Assembly (NCBI GenBank): GCA_030649895.1 | Contig: JAUSEX010000045.1 | Location: 17,875-81,874 of the forward strand | Length of the DNA: 64,000 nt | Reading direction: 5' to 3' | DNA from: Candidatus Omnitrophota bacterium | Lineage (GTDB): Bacteria > Omnitrophota > Gorgyraeia > Gorgyraeales > Gorgyraeaceae | In this document: positions 48,412-57,358 of the stretch, piece after piece | How the letters are laid out: each line of letters begins with the position of its first letter | How positions within the stretch are numbered: position 1 is the stretch's first letter | Translations under genes and position numbers: made by a program | Notes under the pieces: model-generated | Databases searched by the model: none | What the model was told of the DNA's origin: nothing | What the model saw: the letters and a program-made list of their open reading frames with translations, nothing else

Positions 48412-50104
48412 TTTTATGCTTCCCAAACCAATATTCCAGCGCAGATTTTGCAATATCGCAAGGCGCATCTCCGCCTGACCCGCTGTTTTCCATAAAAACC
48501 GCAAAGCATATCTTTGGATCTTCGGAAGGCGCAAATCCCACAAACCAACCATGAGGCATAATGCCCGACCTCACCTGGACAGTGCCTGTTTTCGCCGAGA
48601 CAGAAACCGCCTTGTTCGCTACCCTGGCGCCCGTACCGTAAGGATCTTCTACGACCTTTCGCATCCCGCGCCTTATTGCGTCTATATTTTCCATTGCAAG
48701 CTTAAGGGGCTCTGTTTTAAAATTAGTTGCGCCCGCGTCTCCTACCTGTTTCAAAATATGAGGCTGGACAAGAGAACCTCCGTTTGCAATGCTCGCAATC
48801 ATACGCGTTACCTGTAAAGGCGTTACCAGCAAATCTCCCTGGCCTATTGAAAAATTTGCAGTATCGCCTGGATACCAGATCTCTTTTTTCTCCTGCCTTC
48901 TCCATTCTTTTGAAGGCACAAACCCGTTAGATTCTCCAAAAAGCTCTATGCCTGTTTTCCTGCCTAACCCGAACAGGCTCGCGTACTCTGTTATTTTATC
49001 CGCTCCCGTTAAAAGCCCTGCATGCCAAAAATAAACGTTGCAGGACCAGGCAAGGGCCTTTTCCATATCCACATAACCATGGCCATCTTTATTCCAGCAA
49101 TTGAACGTGTCTTTACCAATGTTAAATTTACCGGTACACACAAAACCCGTATACGTATTTACGCTTTTTGACTCAAGCGCTGCCATGCTTGTAACAATCT
49201 TAAATACAGAGCCCGGAGGATAAATCCCCATTATCGCCCTATTTAAAAGCGGAGATTCTTTCGCCCGCATAGCTAGCGACAATGACCCGTTAGGATCATA
49301 CGAAGGGCTGCTGACAAGGCTGAATATTTCCCCGTTATGCGGATCCATAAAAACAGCTGCGCCCTTCTCTCCGTTGAAAAGGCCATAAACTAACTTTTGC
49401 AAGCCGGCGTCAAGCGTAAGATAAACATCTCTTCCCGCCTTCGGCTTCCTATAGCTCAAGACCTTTACCTTGCGGCCCCTGTTATCAACCTGTATTTGCA
49501 TGCCCCCATCTTTTCCGCGCAGCACCCTGTCGCAGGATCTTTCAGCGCCGTCTTTGCCTATCAGGTCTTTTATGTTATACCCGTAAGGTTTTAAAAGCTC
49601 CAATTCGAACTGGCCTATCTCCCCTGTATATCCGACTACATGGCTAAAAGCCTCTTTGTAATAATAATTTCTAAAAGGTATCTCTTTTATCAGGACGCCC
49701 GGCATTTCAAACCCGGATTCTTCTATCGAAATAGCCGCCTTCTTAGAGACGTCTCTTATGAGTTCGCAAGGCGCGAATGGGGCGGTTTTATTGCGCTTAT
49801 AATTTCTTTCCATAAGGCTTTTTGAAACGCCCAGGATGCCGGACAGCTTTTCTATCTCAGCGTCAATCTCATCCATCTCCTGAGGAACGATAAAAACCCC
49901 GAACGAAAGCGTATTGCCCGCTATGAGTTTTCCCTGCCTGTCGTATATATTTCCGCGCGGTGCGCTTATATTCAAAAGCCTGATACTGTTCCTGGAGCTT
50001 AAGTCGCTGTAAAAAGGCCCTTTTACGATCTGAAGATAATAAAGCCATATACCCGTCAACACAAAAAGGATTGCAAAAAAAATCTGCAGAATTTTTATTC
50101 TCAT
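48404..50104 (-). CDS. mrdA: Penicillin-binding protein 2
   Basis: APRG.IYDR, PPGSVFK (SxxK), SCN (SxN), KTGT. Confidence 0.95.
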   Translation of the reverse strand: MRIKILQIFFAILFVLTGIWLYYLQIVKGPFYSDLSSRNSIRLLNISAPRGNIYDRQGKLIAGNTLSFGVFIVPQEMDEIDAEIEKLSGILGVSKSLMERNYKRNKTAPFAPCELIRDVSKKAAISIEESGFEMPGVLIKEIPFRNYYYKEAFSHVVGYTGEIGQFELELLKPYGYNIKDLIGKDGAERSCDRVLRGKDGGMQIQVDNRGRKVKVLSYRKPKAGRDVYLTLDAGLQKLVYGLFNGEKGAAVFMDPHNGEIFSLVSSPSYDPNGSLSLAMRAKESPLLNRAIMGIYPPGSVFKIVTSMAALESKSVNTYTGFVCTGKFNIGKDTFNCWNKDGHGYVDMEKALAWSCNVYFWHAGLLTGADKITEYASLFGLGRKTGIELFGESNGFVPSKEWRRQEKKEIWYPGDTANFSIGQGDLLVTPLQVTRMIASIANGGSLVQPHILKQVGDAGATNFKTEPLKLAMENIDAIRRGMRKVVEDPYGTGARVANKAVSVSAKTGTVQVRSGIMPHGWFVGFAPSEDPKICFAVFMENSGSGGDAPCDIAKSALEYWFGKHKND

Positions 50105-50110
50105 AATAAT

Positions 50111-50139
50111 GCAGGAGACGGTTTAAAACCGCTCTCTAC
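50111..50139 (-). repeat. GTAG-tagged REP-like hairpin supplying the mreD stop
   Basis: Minus strand GTAGAGAGCGGTTTTAAACCGTCTCCTGC; the TAG of GTAG is the mreD stop codon. Confidence 0.7.
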
Positions 50140-50543
50140 TTTAAATCAACGATCCTGAACAATAAAGGCGAGATAAGGCTTGAAAAAATTATTGTAAACA
50201 ATACGCCTGTCTGAATTGTCCTAGTGAATGCAAAATATGCGGAATAGAAACAAAACAGCCCGAAAAATGAAAAAATAAACTCCATACCGACGCCTTCTTT
50301 ATAATATATCTTCTGCTTGATCATTCCCACGGCTAGCCCAATCCCGCCATAAAGCATCAGATTCAAGCCCAGAGATGAAGACGACAATATCCCTGCAAGA
50401 AATCCTATAAATACACCTGTAACCAGCCCCCACACCGGCCCTTTTTTAAAGCCCGCGAAGATTGCAAAAAGCGCTAAAAAATTTATATTCAACAACGCGG
50501 CGCTTTGTAAAAGCCCCAGGACTATTATCCAGATAAAAAACAT
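50136..50543 (-). CDS. mreD: MreD-like membrane protein
   Basis: Small polytopic protein located between mreC and mrdA. Confidence 0.7.
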   Translation of the reverse strand: MFFIWIIVLGLLQSAALLNINFLALFAIFAGFKKGPVWGLVTGVFIGFLAGILSSSSLGLNLMLYGGIGLAVGMIKQKIYYKEGVGMEFIFSFFGLFCFYSAYFAFTRTIQTGVLFTIIFSSLISPLLFRIVDLK

Positions 50544-50556
50544 TATTGCCTTTTAA

Positions 50557-50770
50557 CTTCTCGACTCGGCCCGCATAACAGGTCCTCATGACCGCTCGAA
50601 GAATATTAGTGTTCGAGCGGACATATTGGCTATGCGCGCAAACCCGGCCGAGAACTCGTATGTATTTTTAATATTACTTTACCGCTAGAAAAATATTAGT
50701 GTTCGAGCGGACATGTTGGCTATGCGCGTAAACCCAGTCGAGAACTCGTATGTATTTTTAATATTACCTT
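50557..50770. repeat. Family A long element with a 90-bp tandem duplication of its R arm and flank
   Basis: 50591-50680 and 50681-50770 are near-identical. Confidence 0.92.
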
Positions 50771-51540
50771 ACCACCAGCACTTCTTCCAGTTCTCTAACA
50801 TCAACTTCGGGTTTTATAACTGCGTTCAAATAAAGCCCGCTGGAATCCTGCTCGATAGACACCACTTCCCCTATCAACAAGCCCTTTTCGAAAACTCCAT
50901 AAAGCCCTGACGTAATAACCTTGTCGCCTTTTTTTGCGCCACATCCAAGATCCAGGTATTTCATAATAAGGCCCGCCCTCATATTTCCAGAAACAGCGCC
51001 TTCATCCCTTGTGCTTTCGATAATCCCGCTAAAGGTAGAATCATAATCTGTGACAAGAAGAACCCTGGATACCCCCCATCCTGTTTCCATAACCCTTCCC
51101 GCCAGGCCGCTTCCGCTTATCACTACCATGCCCTTTTCAATCTTATCTTTTCTGCCTCTGTCAATCACAACGGTATCATTCAAACCGGAAGGGTCCCTCG
51201 CTATAACCAAAGCAGGTACGAATTTACGCTTGTCCGATTCTTTAAAATCGAGAAGCTTTTTAAGCCTTTCATTCTCCAGCCTGGCCTCTCTTGAATTCAG
51301 CAGTTCTGTCTCAAGACTGGCTAGAGTTTCTTTAAGAATTTTATTTTCCGCGCGGATTTCTCTGAAATAGGCGACATCCCTCAGCGCATAGACAGAGCCT
51401 GAGATCAGTTTTAAAGGAACTCTTAAGATATCAAGGGTTTTGACTCGAAATTCAGAAGATAAAATACTGGAGAGCAGCGCTATAGCAGCTATAAAAATCA
51501 GTACTGCTATTATAGGGAGGTTTTTTTCTGGTTTTATCAC
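50764..51540 (-). CDS. mreC: Rod shape-determining protein MreC
   Basis: ENERLKKLL, IDRG..D, GL.GRV, GDKVITSG..GVF.KG..IG; start uncertain. Confidence 0.93.
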   Translation of the reverse strand: MIKPEKNLPIIAVLIFIAAIALLSSILSSEFRVKTLDILRVPLKLISGSVYALRDVAYFREIRAENKILKETLASLETELLNSREARLENERLKKLLDFKESDKRKFVPALVIARDPSGLNDTVVIDRGRKDKIEKGMVVISGSGLAGRVMETGWGVSRVLLVTDYDSTFSGIIESTRDEGAVSGNMRAGLIMKYLDLGCGAKKGDKVITSGLYGVFEKGLLIGEVVSIEQDSSGLYLNAVIKPEVDVRELEEVLVVR

Positions 51541-51610
51541 GCACTGTTCTATTTCCGCGCCTGCCCCGCACCCGAGCAAAGCGAATGGCGCAGGGTAATT
51601 CCGCAGTTTA

Positions 51611-51692
51611 CTTCCCGGCTCCGCTTGTATGACACGATTTTATGGCCGCTCGAAGAATAATAGTATTCGAGCAAACGAAATGAGTTGAGAAC
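51611..51692. repeat. Family A L+R element
   Basis: CTTCCCGGC...CCGCTCGAAGAATA..TATTCGAGC..GTTGAGAAC. Confidence 0.82.
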
Positions 51693-51716
51693 CACTTTCG
51701 CGTAATTCTGCGATTA

Positions 51717-52784
51717 TCAAAATTCCATTCTGGAGCGCACTGTAACTTTTCTGAGGTATTTTATTTCACTAAGGACTTTGCCTGTGCCAAGGGCTACTGC
51801 CGTAGTTGGATCTTCCGCAATATGAACAGGAAGCCCTGTTTCTTCGCTTATAAGCTTATCAATGCCTCTAAGCTGGGCTCCTCCGCCTGCCAGCACTATT
51901 CCTCTTTCTATTAAATCTGCGGAAAGTTCCGGAGGGGTCCTCTCTAGCGTCATCCTGGTTGCCTCAAGTATTGCTGAAACAGGCCCGGCAATAGCTTCTC
52001 TGATTTCTTCTGAAGATATGGTAATTGTCTTTGGGAGGCCTGCCACCAGGTCTCTGCCGCGCACTTCCATTGTCAATTCCTGCTCCAAAGGATACGTAGA
52101 TCCTATTTTTATCTTAATGTCTTCTGCGGTGCGTTCTCCAACCATTAGATTGTATGTCTTTTTAAGATGCTCTATGATTGCTTCGTCTAGCTCGTCTCCG
52201 CCTATTCTTATCGAGCGGGAAAATACAATACCTGCGAGAGATATAACCGCTATCTCTGTCGTGCCACCGCCTATATCAATAATCATATTTCCGGCAGGCT
52301 CTTCTATAGGCAGCCCTACTCCTATAGCCGCTGCTATAGGCTCTTCTATCAAGTATACTTCGCGGGCGCCTGCGTGCTCAGCAGAATCCTTTACAGCGCG
52401 TTTCTCAACCTCTGTTATTCCCGACGGTATAGCGATGACCATCCTGGGTCTTACAAAAACCTTTCTATTGTGAATCTTTTTTATGAAATACCTAAGCATG
52501 TCTTCTGTTATTTCAAAATCCGCAATAACCCCGTCCTTCATCGGCCTGATCGCAACTATACTCCCTGGGGTGCGGCCTAGCATCCTCTTGGCTTCTTCGC
52601 CTACCGCCAGTACGGCGTGGGTGCTTTTTTGAATAGCTACGACTGATGGTTCGCACAGGACAATACCCTGGCCTTTTACGTAAACAAGCGTGGTTGCCGT
52701 GCCAAGGTCAATCCCCATGTCATTTGAGAACAGGCCTAAAATGTTATCAAAATACTTCTTTAATAACTTAAATAACTTGATCAT
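51717..52784 (-). CDS. mreB: Actin-like MreB
   Basis: [29 protein letters not shown]. Confidence 0.98.
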   Translation of the reverse strand: MIKLFKLLKKYFDNILGLFSNDMGIDLGTATTLVYVKGQGIVLCEPSVVAIQKSTHAVLAVGEEAKRMLGRTPGSIVAIRPMKDGVIADFEITEDMLRYFIKKIHNRKVFVRPRMVIAIPSGITEVEKRAVKDSAEHAGAREVYLIEEPIAAAIGVGLPIEEPAGNMIIDIGGGTTEIAVISLAGIVFSRSIRIGGDELDEAIIEHLKKTYNLMVGERTAEDIKIKIGSTYPLEQELTMEVRGRDLVAGLPKTITISSEEIREAIAGPVSAILEATRMTLERTPPELSADLIERGIVLAGGGAQLRGIDKLISEETGLPVHIAEDPTTAVALGTGKVLSEIKYLRKVTVRSRMEF

Positions 52785-52860
52785 TCGCCACCTCAGGTTT
52801 TAAGTCGATTTACTTAATTTTAACAAAGCTGGTTTTCTTTGTCAATTTAATTTGCAAAGA

Positions 52861-54258
52861 TTAAGAAGAACCTGCCAAAGACAGGCGATGAAGCAATCTC
52901 TCGAAACCCGGGAAAGATTTATTTATACAATCCAGGCCTGTTACCCTGACGTTGCCTTTTATGCCAAGGCCCGCTATCAGCATGCTCATTGCAGTCCTGT
53001 GATCCCCAAAGCTGGATACCTTTGCGCTATGTAACGGCATGCCGCCGTTAATAACGATATGCTCGCGTTCTGGCTCCGGGCCAGAGGCCCTGCCCTTTAG
53101 CCTTTCGTCTTCAGCCTTGAGCCCAATATCCGCGCCAATCTTGCGCAAATTCGTAACCATAGATTTTATCCTGTCAGTCTCTTTAACGCGCAGCTCTTCT
53201 ATGCCTTTTATGACAGTCTTTCCTTTTGCAAAACAAGCAGCAACCATTATTACGGGTATTTCATCTATAGCGCGGACAACTTCTTTTGAAGATATTGTAA
53301 CGCCTCTCAACTTGCTTGGTTTAATCATAATATCGCCCATAAGCTCGCTGACCCATCCGACTCCGTAAGTCGCCGAAGCTGGCGACTCGCGGAGTCGGAT
53401 ATCTGCGCCCATCTTTTTTAATATATCTAAGATCCCGGTCCTGCTAGGGTTCAGTCCTACATTCCTGATGGTTATCTTTGTGTCCAGCAGAATACACCCA
53501 GCAACAATAAAAAATGCAGCGCTGGAAATATCCCCGGGAATACCAATCGCGCCCGGACTCTTTAATTCTACCGGCCCTTTTAAACTAATCCTTGAGCCTT
53601 TAGCCTTTAGCCTGCAGCCAAACATTTTTAACATCCGTTCGGTATGGTCCCTGGATTTCTCAGGCTCGCTGACGCAGGTAACGCCGTCTGCGTAAAGCCC
53701 TGCCAATAAAATGCACGATTTTACCTGCGCGCTTGCAATTGTGGATTTATATTGAATCGCCTTTAATCTTCCCCCTCGGATCTTTAAAGGCGGATAAATT
53801 TCTTGCTGCCTTGACCTTTGGCCATTTATTGCCGCGCCCATTTTAACAAGCGGCTCTACAATGCGCTTCATAGGCCTGGCTGACAAAGATTTATCCCCTG
53901 TCAAAACAACTTCAAAATCCTGGCCCGCTAAAATACCTGGGAGCACCCTCATGGTTGTCCCGGAATTACCTAAATATAACGGCCTGGACGGCTTCTTTAA
54001 CCCACGCATACCTACGCCATGCACTATAAAATAGGGACAGCGACCATTTTTCCCATGTTTAAAAATGGTCGCTGTCCCTATTTTTCCTATTTTTATTTTT
54101 ACACCCATAGCCTGAAACGCCTCTATGGTTCGCTTGATATCCTCTGCCATTAATAGGTTTTTTATACGGGTAGCGCCTTTTGATATAGATGCGAGCATTA
54201 CAGCGCGATGAGATATTGATTTATCGGAAGGGACTATTATTTCAACGGCTTTCAACAA
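52861..54258 (-). CDS. aroA: EPSP synthase with several repeat-derived insertions
   Basis: DKSISHRA, GNSGTT.R, SAQVKS, RDHTE, GDISSAAF, RVKETDR, DHR.AM. Confidence 0.97.
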   Translation of the reverse strand: MLKAVEIIVPSDKSISHRAVMLASISKGATRIKNLLMAEDIKRTIEAFQAMGVKIKIGKIGTATIFKHGKNGRCPYFIVHGVGMRGLKKPSRPLYLGNSGTTMRVLPGILAGQDFEVVLTGDKSLSARPMKRIVEPLVKMGAAINGQRSRQQEIYPPLKIRGGRLKAIQYKSTIASAQVKSCILLAGLYADGVTCVSEPEKSRDHTERMLKMFGCRLKAKGSRISLKGPVELKSPGAIGIPGDISSAAFFIVAGCILLDTKITIRNVGLNPSRTGILDILKKMGADIRLRESPASATYGVGWVSELMGDIMIKPSKLRGVTISSKEVVRAIDEIPVIMVAACFAKGKTVIKGIEELRVKETDRIKSMVTNLRKIGADIGLKAEDERLKGRASGPEPEREHIVINGGMPLHSAKVSSFGDHRTAMSMLIAGLGIKGNVRVTGLDCINKSFPGFERLLHRLSLAGSS

Positions 54259-55033
54259 TCACATTACCTTTCTTCATGTCGTTTATTTTAGCGCCAGGAA
54301 GAATAGCAGCTGAAGACATTGTATCATAAACCTTGTCTATCTCTGCCTGACCAAGGAATTTTGGCCCATCCATTACATCGAATTTCATGCCTTTCTGAAT
54401 ATTCCTATCCTGGCCTATGTCGCTGACAATAAAACTGTACTCCTTGTTAACCACCAGTATCTTTCCCTGCATAATAGGCTTTTCAGACTTGCTGGCCATA
54501 ACGCCTTCATCCGGACTCACTACTATCTTGTCCAGGTTGACAGATTGCTTTTCCTGTAATTCCTGTATCTTTTTTTCAAGATCTATCTTTTCATTCGTAA
54601 GCCTTAACGCCTCTTTCTTTGTCTTGTCGTAATCATATTGCAGCGTATCCAGCTTCTTCGATATAGCTAATTTTTCTTTTTTTTCGTTATCAAGGTTTAC
54701 TTTAATTTTAGCCAGCTCCGCGTTTTTTGTTTCAAGTTCAGCAATAGCGGCTTCCCCTTTTAGCTTAATACCATCCAGCTCCGAAGCGACACTTTTAAAT
54801 TTTTCTTCCAATTTTATAATTTTTGCTTCGCTCTGGTCCTTGGCAGTCTTTGCTGTTTCTAATTCCTTTTCAAGATTTCGTTTCTCCTTTAAAGTTAGGG
54901 CAAGCTTGTCTTCGACAACAAGTCTTTTCATATATTCCCTCTCCTTGCCCATAAAACCTATTACAGCTATGGCTGCGGAGGCAATGCTTACGACTATTAA
55001 CAATACAAGAACTATCTTAAAGGTATTGGACAT
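54242..55033 (-). CDS. Membrane-anchored coiled-coil protein
   Basis: N-terminal TM, long heptad region, C-terminal beta domain (GKILVVNKEYSFIV.DIG). Confidence 0.7.
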   Translation of the reverse strand: MSNTFKIVLVLLIVVSIASAAIAVIGFMGKEREYMKRLVVEDKLALTLKEKRNLEKELETAKTAKDQSEAKIIKLEEKFKSVASELDGIKLKGEAAIAELETKNAELAKIKVNLDNEKKEKLAISKKLDTLQYDYDKTKKEALRLTNEKIDLEKKIQELQEKQSVNLDKIVVSPDEGVMASKSEKPIMQGKILVVNKEYSFIVSDIGQDRNIQKGMKFDVMDGPKFLGQAEIDKVYDTMSSAAILPGAKINDMKKGNVIVESR

Positions 55034-55102
55034 AATGCTTTACTCCTTTTTCACAGAGTATATCCTTAAAAAAGCGCATTGTCAAGAAAGAAACAACCGG
55101 AT

Positions 55103-55142
55103 TACACTTCGTAAGTGTCGCGATTGACACTTACGAAGTGTA
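55103..55142. repeat. Inverted doublet of short hairpins
   Basis: TACACTTCGTAAGTGTC...GACACTTACGAAGTGTA; each arm is itself a hairpin. Confidence 0.75.
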
Positions 55143-55149
55143 CGATAGC

Positions 55150-55419
55150 TTATTTCTCCTGCTCGTACGCCCCCAGCACCACCTCGTTCAGGGCTTCCCT
55201 GAATTCTCTGGTCAAAGGATACGCTGTATCATACCATTTGTCATCCTTGCCTTTTCTCGATGGCATACCTACAAATAATCCGTTCTTCCCTTCCACCACC
55301 CTAATTCCTTTTACTATAAAGACGCCTGCGAACGACACATCGCAAAAGGCCTTAAGGTTTGATTCCCCGCTGAGTCTATGCAACCTCAGCACCTCCACTC
55401 CGTTATTCTGGTTCACCAT
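55150..55419 (-). CDS. spoVG: SpoVG-family nucleic-acid-binding protein
   Basis: LKAFCDV.F...FIVKGIRVVEGKNGLFV.MPSRK....W.D.AYP.T.E.RE. Confidence 0.92.
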   Translation of the reverse strand: MVNQNNGVEVLRLHRLSGESNLKAFCDVSFAGVFIVKGIRVVEGKNGLFVGMPSRKGKDDKWYDTAYPLTREFREALNEVVLGAYEQEK

Positions 55420-55930
55420 ATCTATCACCTCCTGCTACATTAGACACATCCCGAGGCGATTTTCTTTCAAAATTTTTTTCTTTTTCAGGAATCCCTTTAA
55501 AAATCATCATAACCCTTTTGGCCCCTTCGCCTTCCATTACCCACTTAAATCCTAAAACAACTGAAATTGCAAGAAATTGTAAAAAATAATGCCTGAAAAT
55601 AAAAGACAGCACAAAGAAAAACAATCCTGCGAAAAGCCATTTCAGCCCAGACCTTTTCTTTTTTATCTTCTCGGCTGAGCCTGCCTGGCTTGTTCTGTTC
55701 TTCGGCTTAAAGAATACCGCGGCTGCTAATATTGTTCGAGCGAGGCCATCGCTAAGCGGCCAAGCCGAGAACTTCTTTCTCCGCGCCTCATACGCCACCA
55801 AAAGCATATCCAGGCAAACATTGCAATCCGCAATATGCCCCTCTATTTTTTTTCGCTCCGCATCTGAAAGCCTTTCATCCAGATATGACGAAAGCGTCTT
55901 TTCGTCCAGGCACATAATATTAATACCCAT
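55403..55930 (-). CDS. Zinc-finger (ZAS) anti-sigma factor with in-frame family A insertion
   Basis: C...LSSYLD..L...E...IEGHIADCNVC (HxxxCxxC), C-terminal TMs; directly downstream of an ECF sigma. Confidence 0.85.
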   Translation of the reverse strand: MGINIMCLDEKTLSSYLDERLSDAERKKIEGHIADCNVCLDMLLVAYEARRKKFSAWPLSDGLARTILAAAVFFKPKNRTSQAGSAEKIKKKRSGLKWLFAGLFFFVLSFIFRHYFLQFLAISVVLGFKWVMEGEGAKRVMMIFKGIPEKEKNFERKSPRDVSNVAGGDRYGEPE

Positions 55931-55957
55931 ATCCCGCCCCCTTTTACTTTGCAAACC

Positions 55958-56006
55958 AATCCGACTACCGTGAGTCGCCTCCTTTGGCGACCATGGTAGT
56001 CGGATT
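55958..56006. repeat. Palindromic family C
   Basis: ATCCGACTACCGTGAGTCGCC-loop-GGCGACCATGGTAGTCGGAT with a compensatory extra A/T pair. Confidence 0.85.
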
Positions 56007-56010
56007 TCGG

Positions 56011-56565
56011 TCAAGCCTTTAGCGAGGCTCGAAGAACCTGCTTCTTCCTGGCGATTATTGTAGAAACCGTGTTAACAGGTATATTCATAAAATCCGCTAT
56101 TTCTTTGTGCGTCTTGCCATGCGCTATATTTAGCTTCAATATGATCTTTTCTCTCGGAGAAAAATTTTCAACAGCCTTTTCCACTTCTTCCATTAATTCT
56201 ACCCCGCGTTCTTCCCCTTTATCCGAAACCATATCCTCAACTTTAAACAACTCCTCTTCGCTTAAAAGCCTTTCTCTTTTCTTGCGCATAAAATTCAAAG
56301 CCCTGGTCTGGCCTATTATGCTGAGCCACGCCTTTATCTTATTTCTGTCTCTTACTTCGCTCAATCTGGACTTTTCCCATAATTCTACAAATACGCTTTG
56401 GACAATATCCTGGATATCCTGGCTGTTAAACCTGAAACCGGATCTCTTCAGCCTTTCTCTGGCAGAATAATATATAAGCCCTGAAAACCTGCCGATAAAC
56501 TCCGACCAGGCCTTTTCTTCGCGCTTTATACAGCGCTCTATCAATTCATGAGTATTATCAAACAT
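56011..56565 (-). CDS. ECF RNA polymerase sigma factor
   Basis: DIVQSVFVELW, AWLS.I...ALNF.RK, region 4 (KEIA..M.IPVNTVST.I.R). Confidence 0.92.
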   Translation of the reverse strand: MFDNTHELIERCIKREEKAWSEFIGRFSGLIYYSARERLKRSGFRFNSQDIQDIVQSVFVELWEKSRLSEVRDRNKIKAWLSIIGQTRALNFMRKKRERLLSEEELFKVEDMVSDKGEERGVELMEEVEKAVENFSPREKIILKLNIAHGKTHKEIADFMNIPVNTVSTIIARKKQVLRASLKA

Positions 56566-56683
56566 ACTTTTGATAATAACACACTAGCGATAGGCGAACC
56601 ACTTTGTTTCAGGCACAATATAATGACTAATAATAAGACACATAAAAACGCGGTTTTCTTTCAAAAAAAATAAATAAAAATAA

Positions 56684-56740
56684 AAATACCCCGCCCTTCC
56701 TACTTAGAAGAATATCTTCACAGTAGAAAGGGCGGGGTAT
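56684..56740. terminator. Hairpin/terminator downstream of the secreted-protein gene
   Basis: ATACCCCGCCCTT.CTACT...AGTAG.AAGGGCGGGGTAT followed by a U-rich run on the minus strand. Confidence 0.65.
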
Positions 56741-56774
56741 ATATCTTTCCTTTATTATATATTTATCGCTAAAA

Positions 56775-57188
56775 CTACTCTTGCTGCGCTGGCTGCTTAG
56801 GAATGTCTCCTACTTCTTTTATTTGCATTCCTTCTCTATCTAAATCATACATCTTGCTCGGATCCATCTTGAACTTAAACTTTGATTCCATCTGCTTGTC
56901 TATTTCCTGCAGATTGTTCTGTTCCAATGAAAAATATGCCTGCAAAACGCTCATCCTGCCAAATGTTGCCTGCTTTGCAACATAAAGCTGCTCAAACTCT
57001 GTTACCTGGTCTTTGTCTTTAAACTTACAGACTACTTTTCCCTCTGGAGCCTGGGCTGGGGCCGCCGGAGCCGCTGCTACTTCTGGCTTGTTATCCTTTT
57101 TCGCCGCTGCGATAGCCATATCGCTGCAAACAAGCGTAAGCCCTGCTGCAAACGCTACAAGCGCTACTAAAACTATAATCTTCTTCAC
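56775..57188 (-). CDS. Hypothetical secreted protein
   Basis: GTG start with AGGAGG, signal-peptide-like N-terminus, Ala/Pro linker. Confidence 0.75.
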   Translation of the reverse strand: MKKIIVLVALVAFAAGLTLVCSDMAIAAAKKDNKPEVAAAPAAPAQAPEGKVVCKFKDKDQVTEFEQLYVAKQATFGRMSVLQAYFSLEQNNLQEIDKQMESKFKFKMDPSKMYDLDREGMQIKEVGDIPKQPAQQE

Positions 57189-57215
57189 TGCCACACCTCC
57201 TTGTTTTAGGCTTAA

Positions 57216-57346
57216 CTTCTCGACTCTGCTCGCATAGCAGATTCTCATGACCGCTCGAAGAATATTGCGAGTAACTTACTATCCCGCCCTCTTGCAATAT
57301 TGTTCGAGCGGACATTCTGACTATGCATGTAAGCTCAGTCGAGAAC
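57216..57346. repeat. Family A full long L+R element (well-conserved copy)
   Basis: CTTCTCGACTCTGCTCGCATAGCAGATTCTCATGACCGCTCGAAGAATATTGC-spacer-GCAATATTGTTCGAGCGGACATTCTGACTATGCATGTAAGCTCAGTCGAGAAC. Confidence 0.95.
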
Positions 57347-57358
57347 CACCCATTATAC

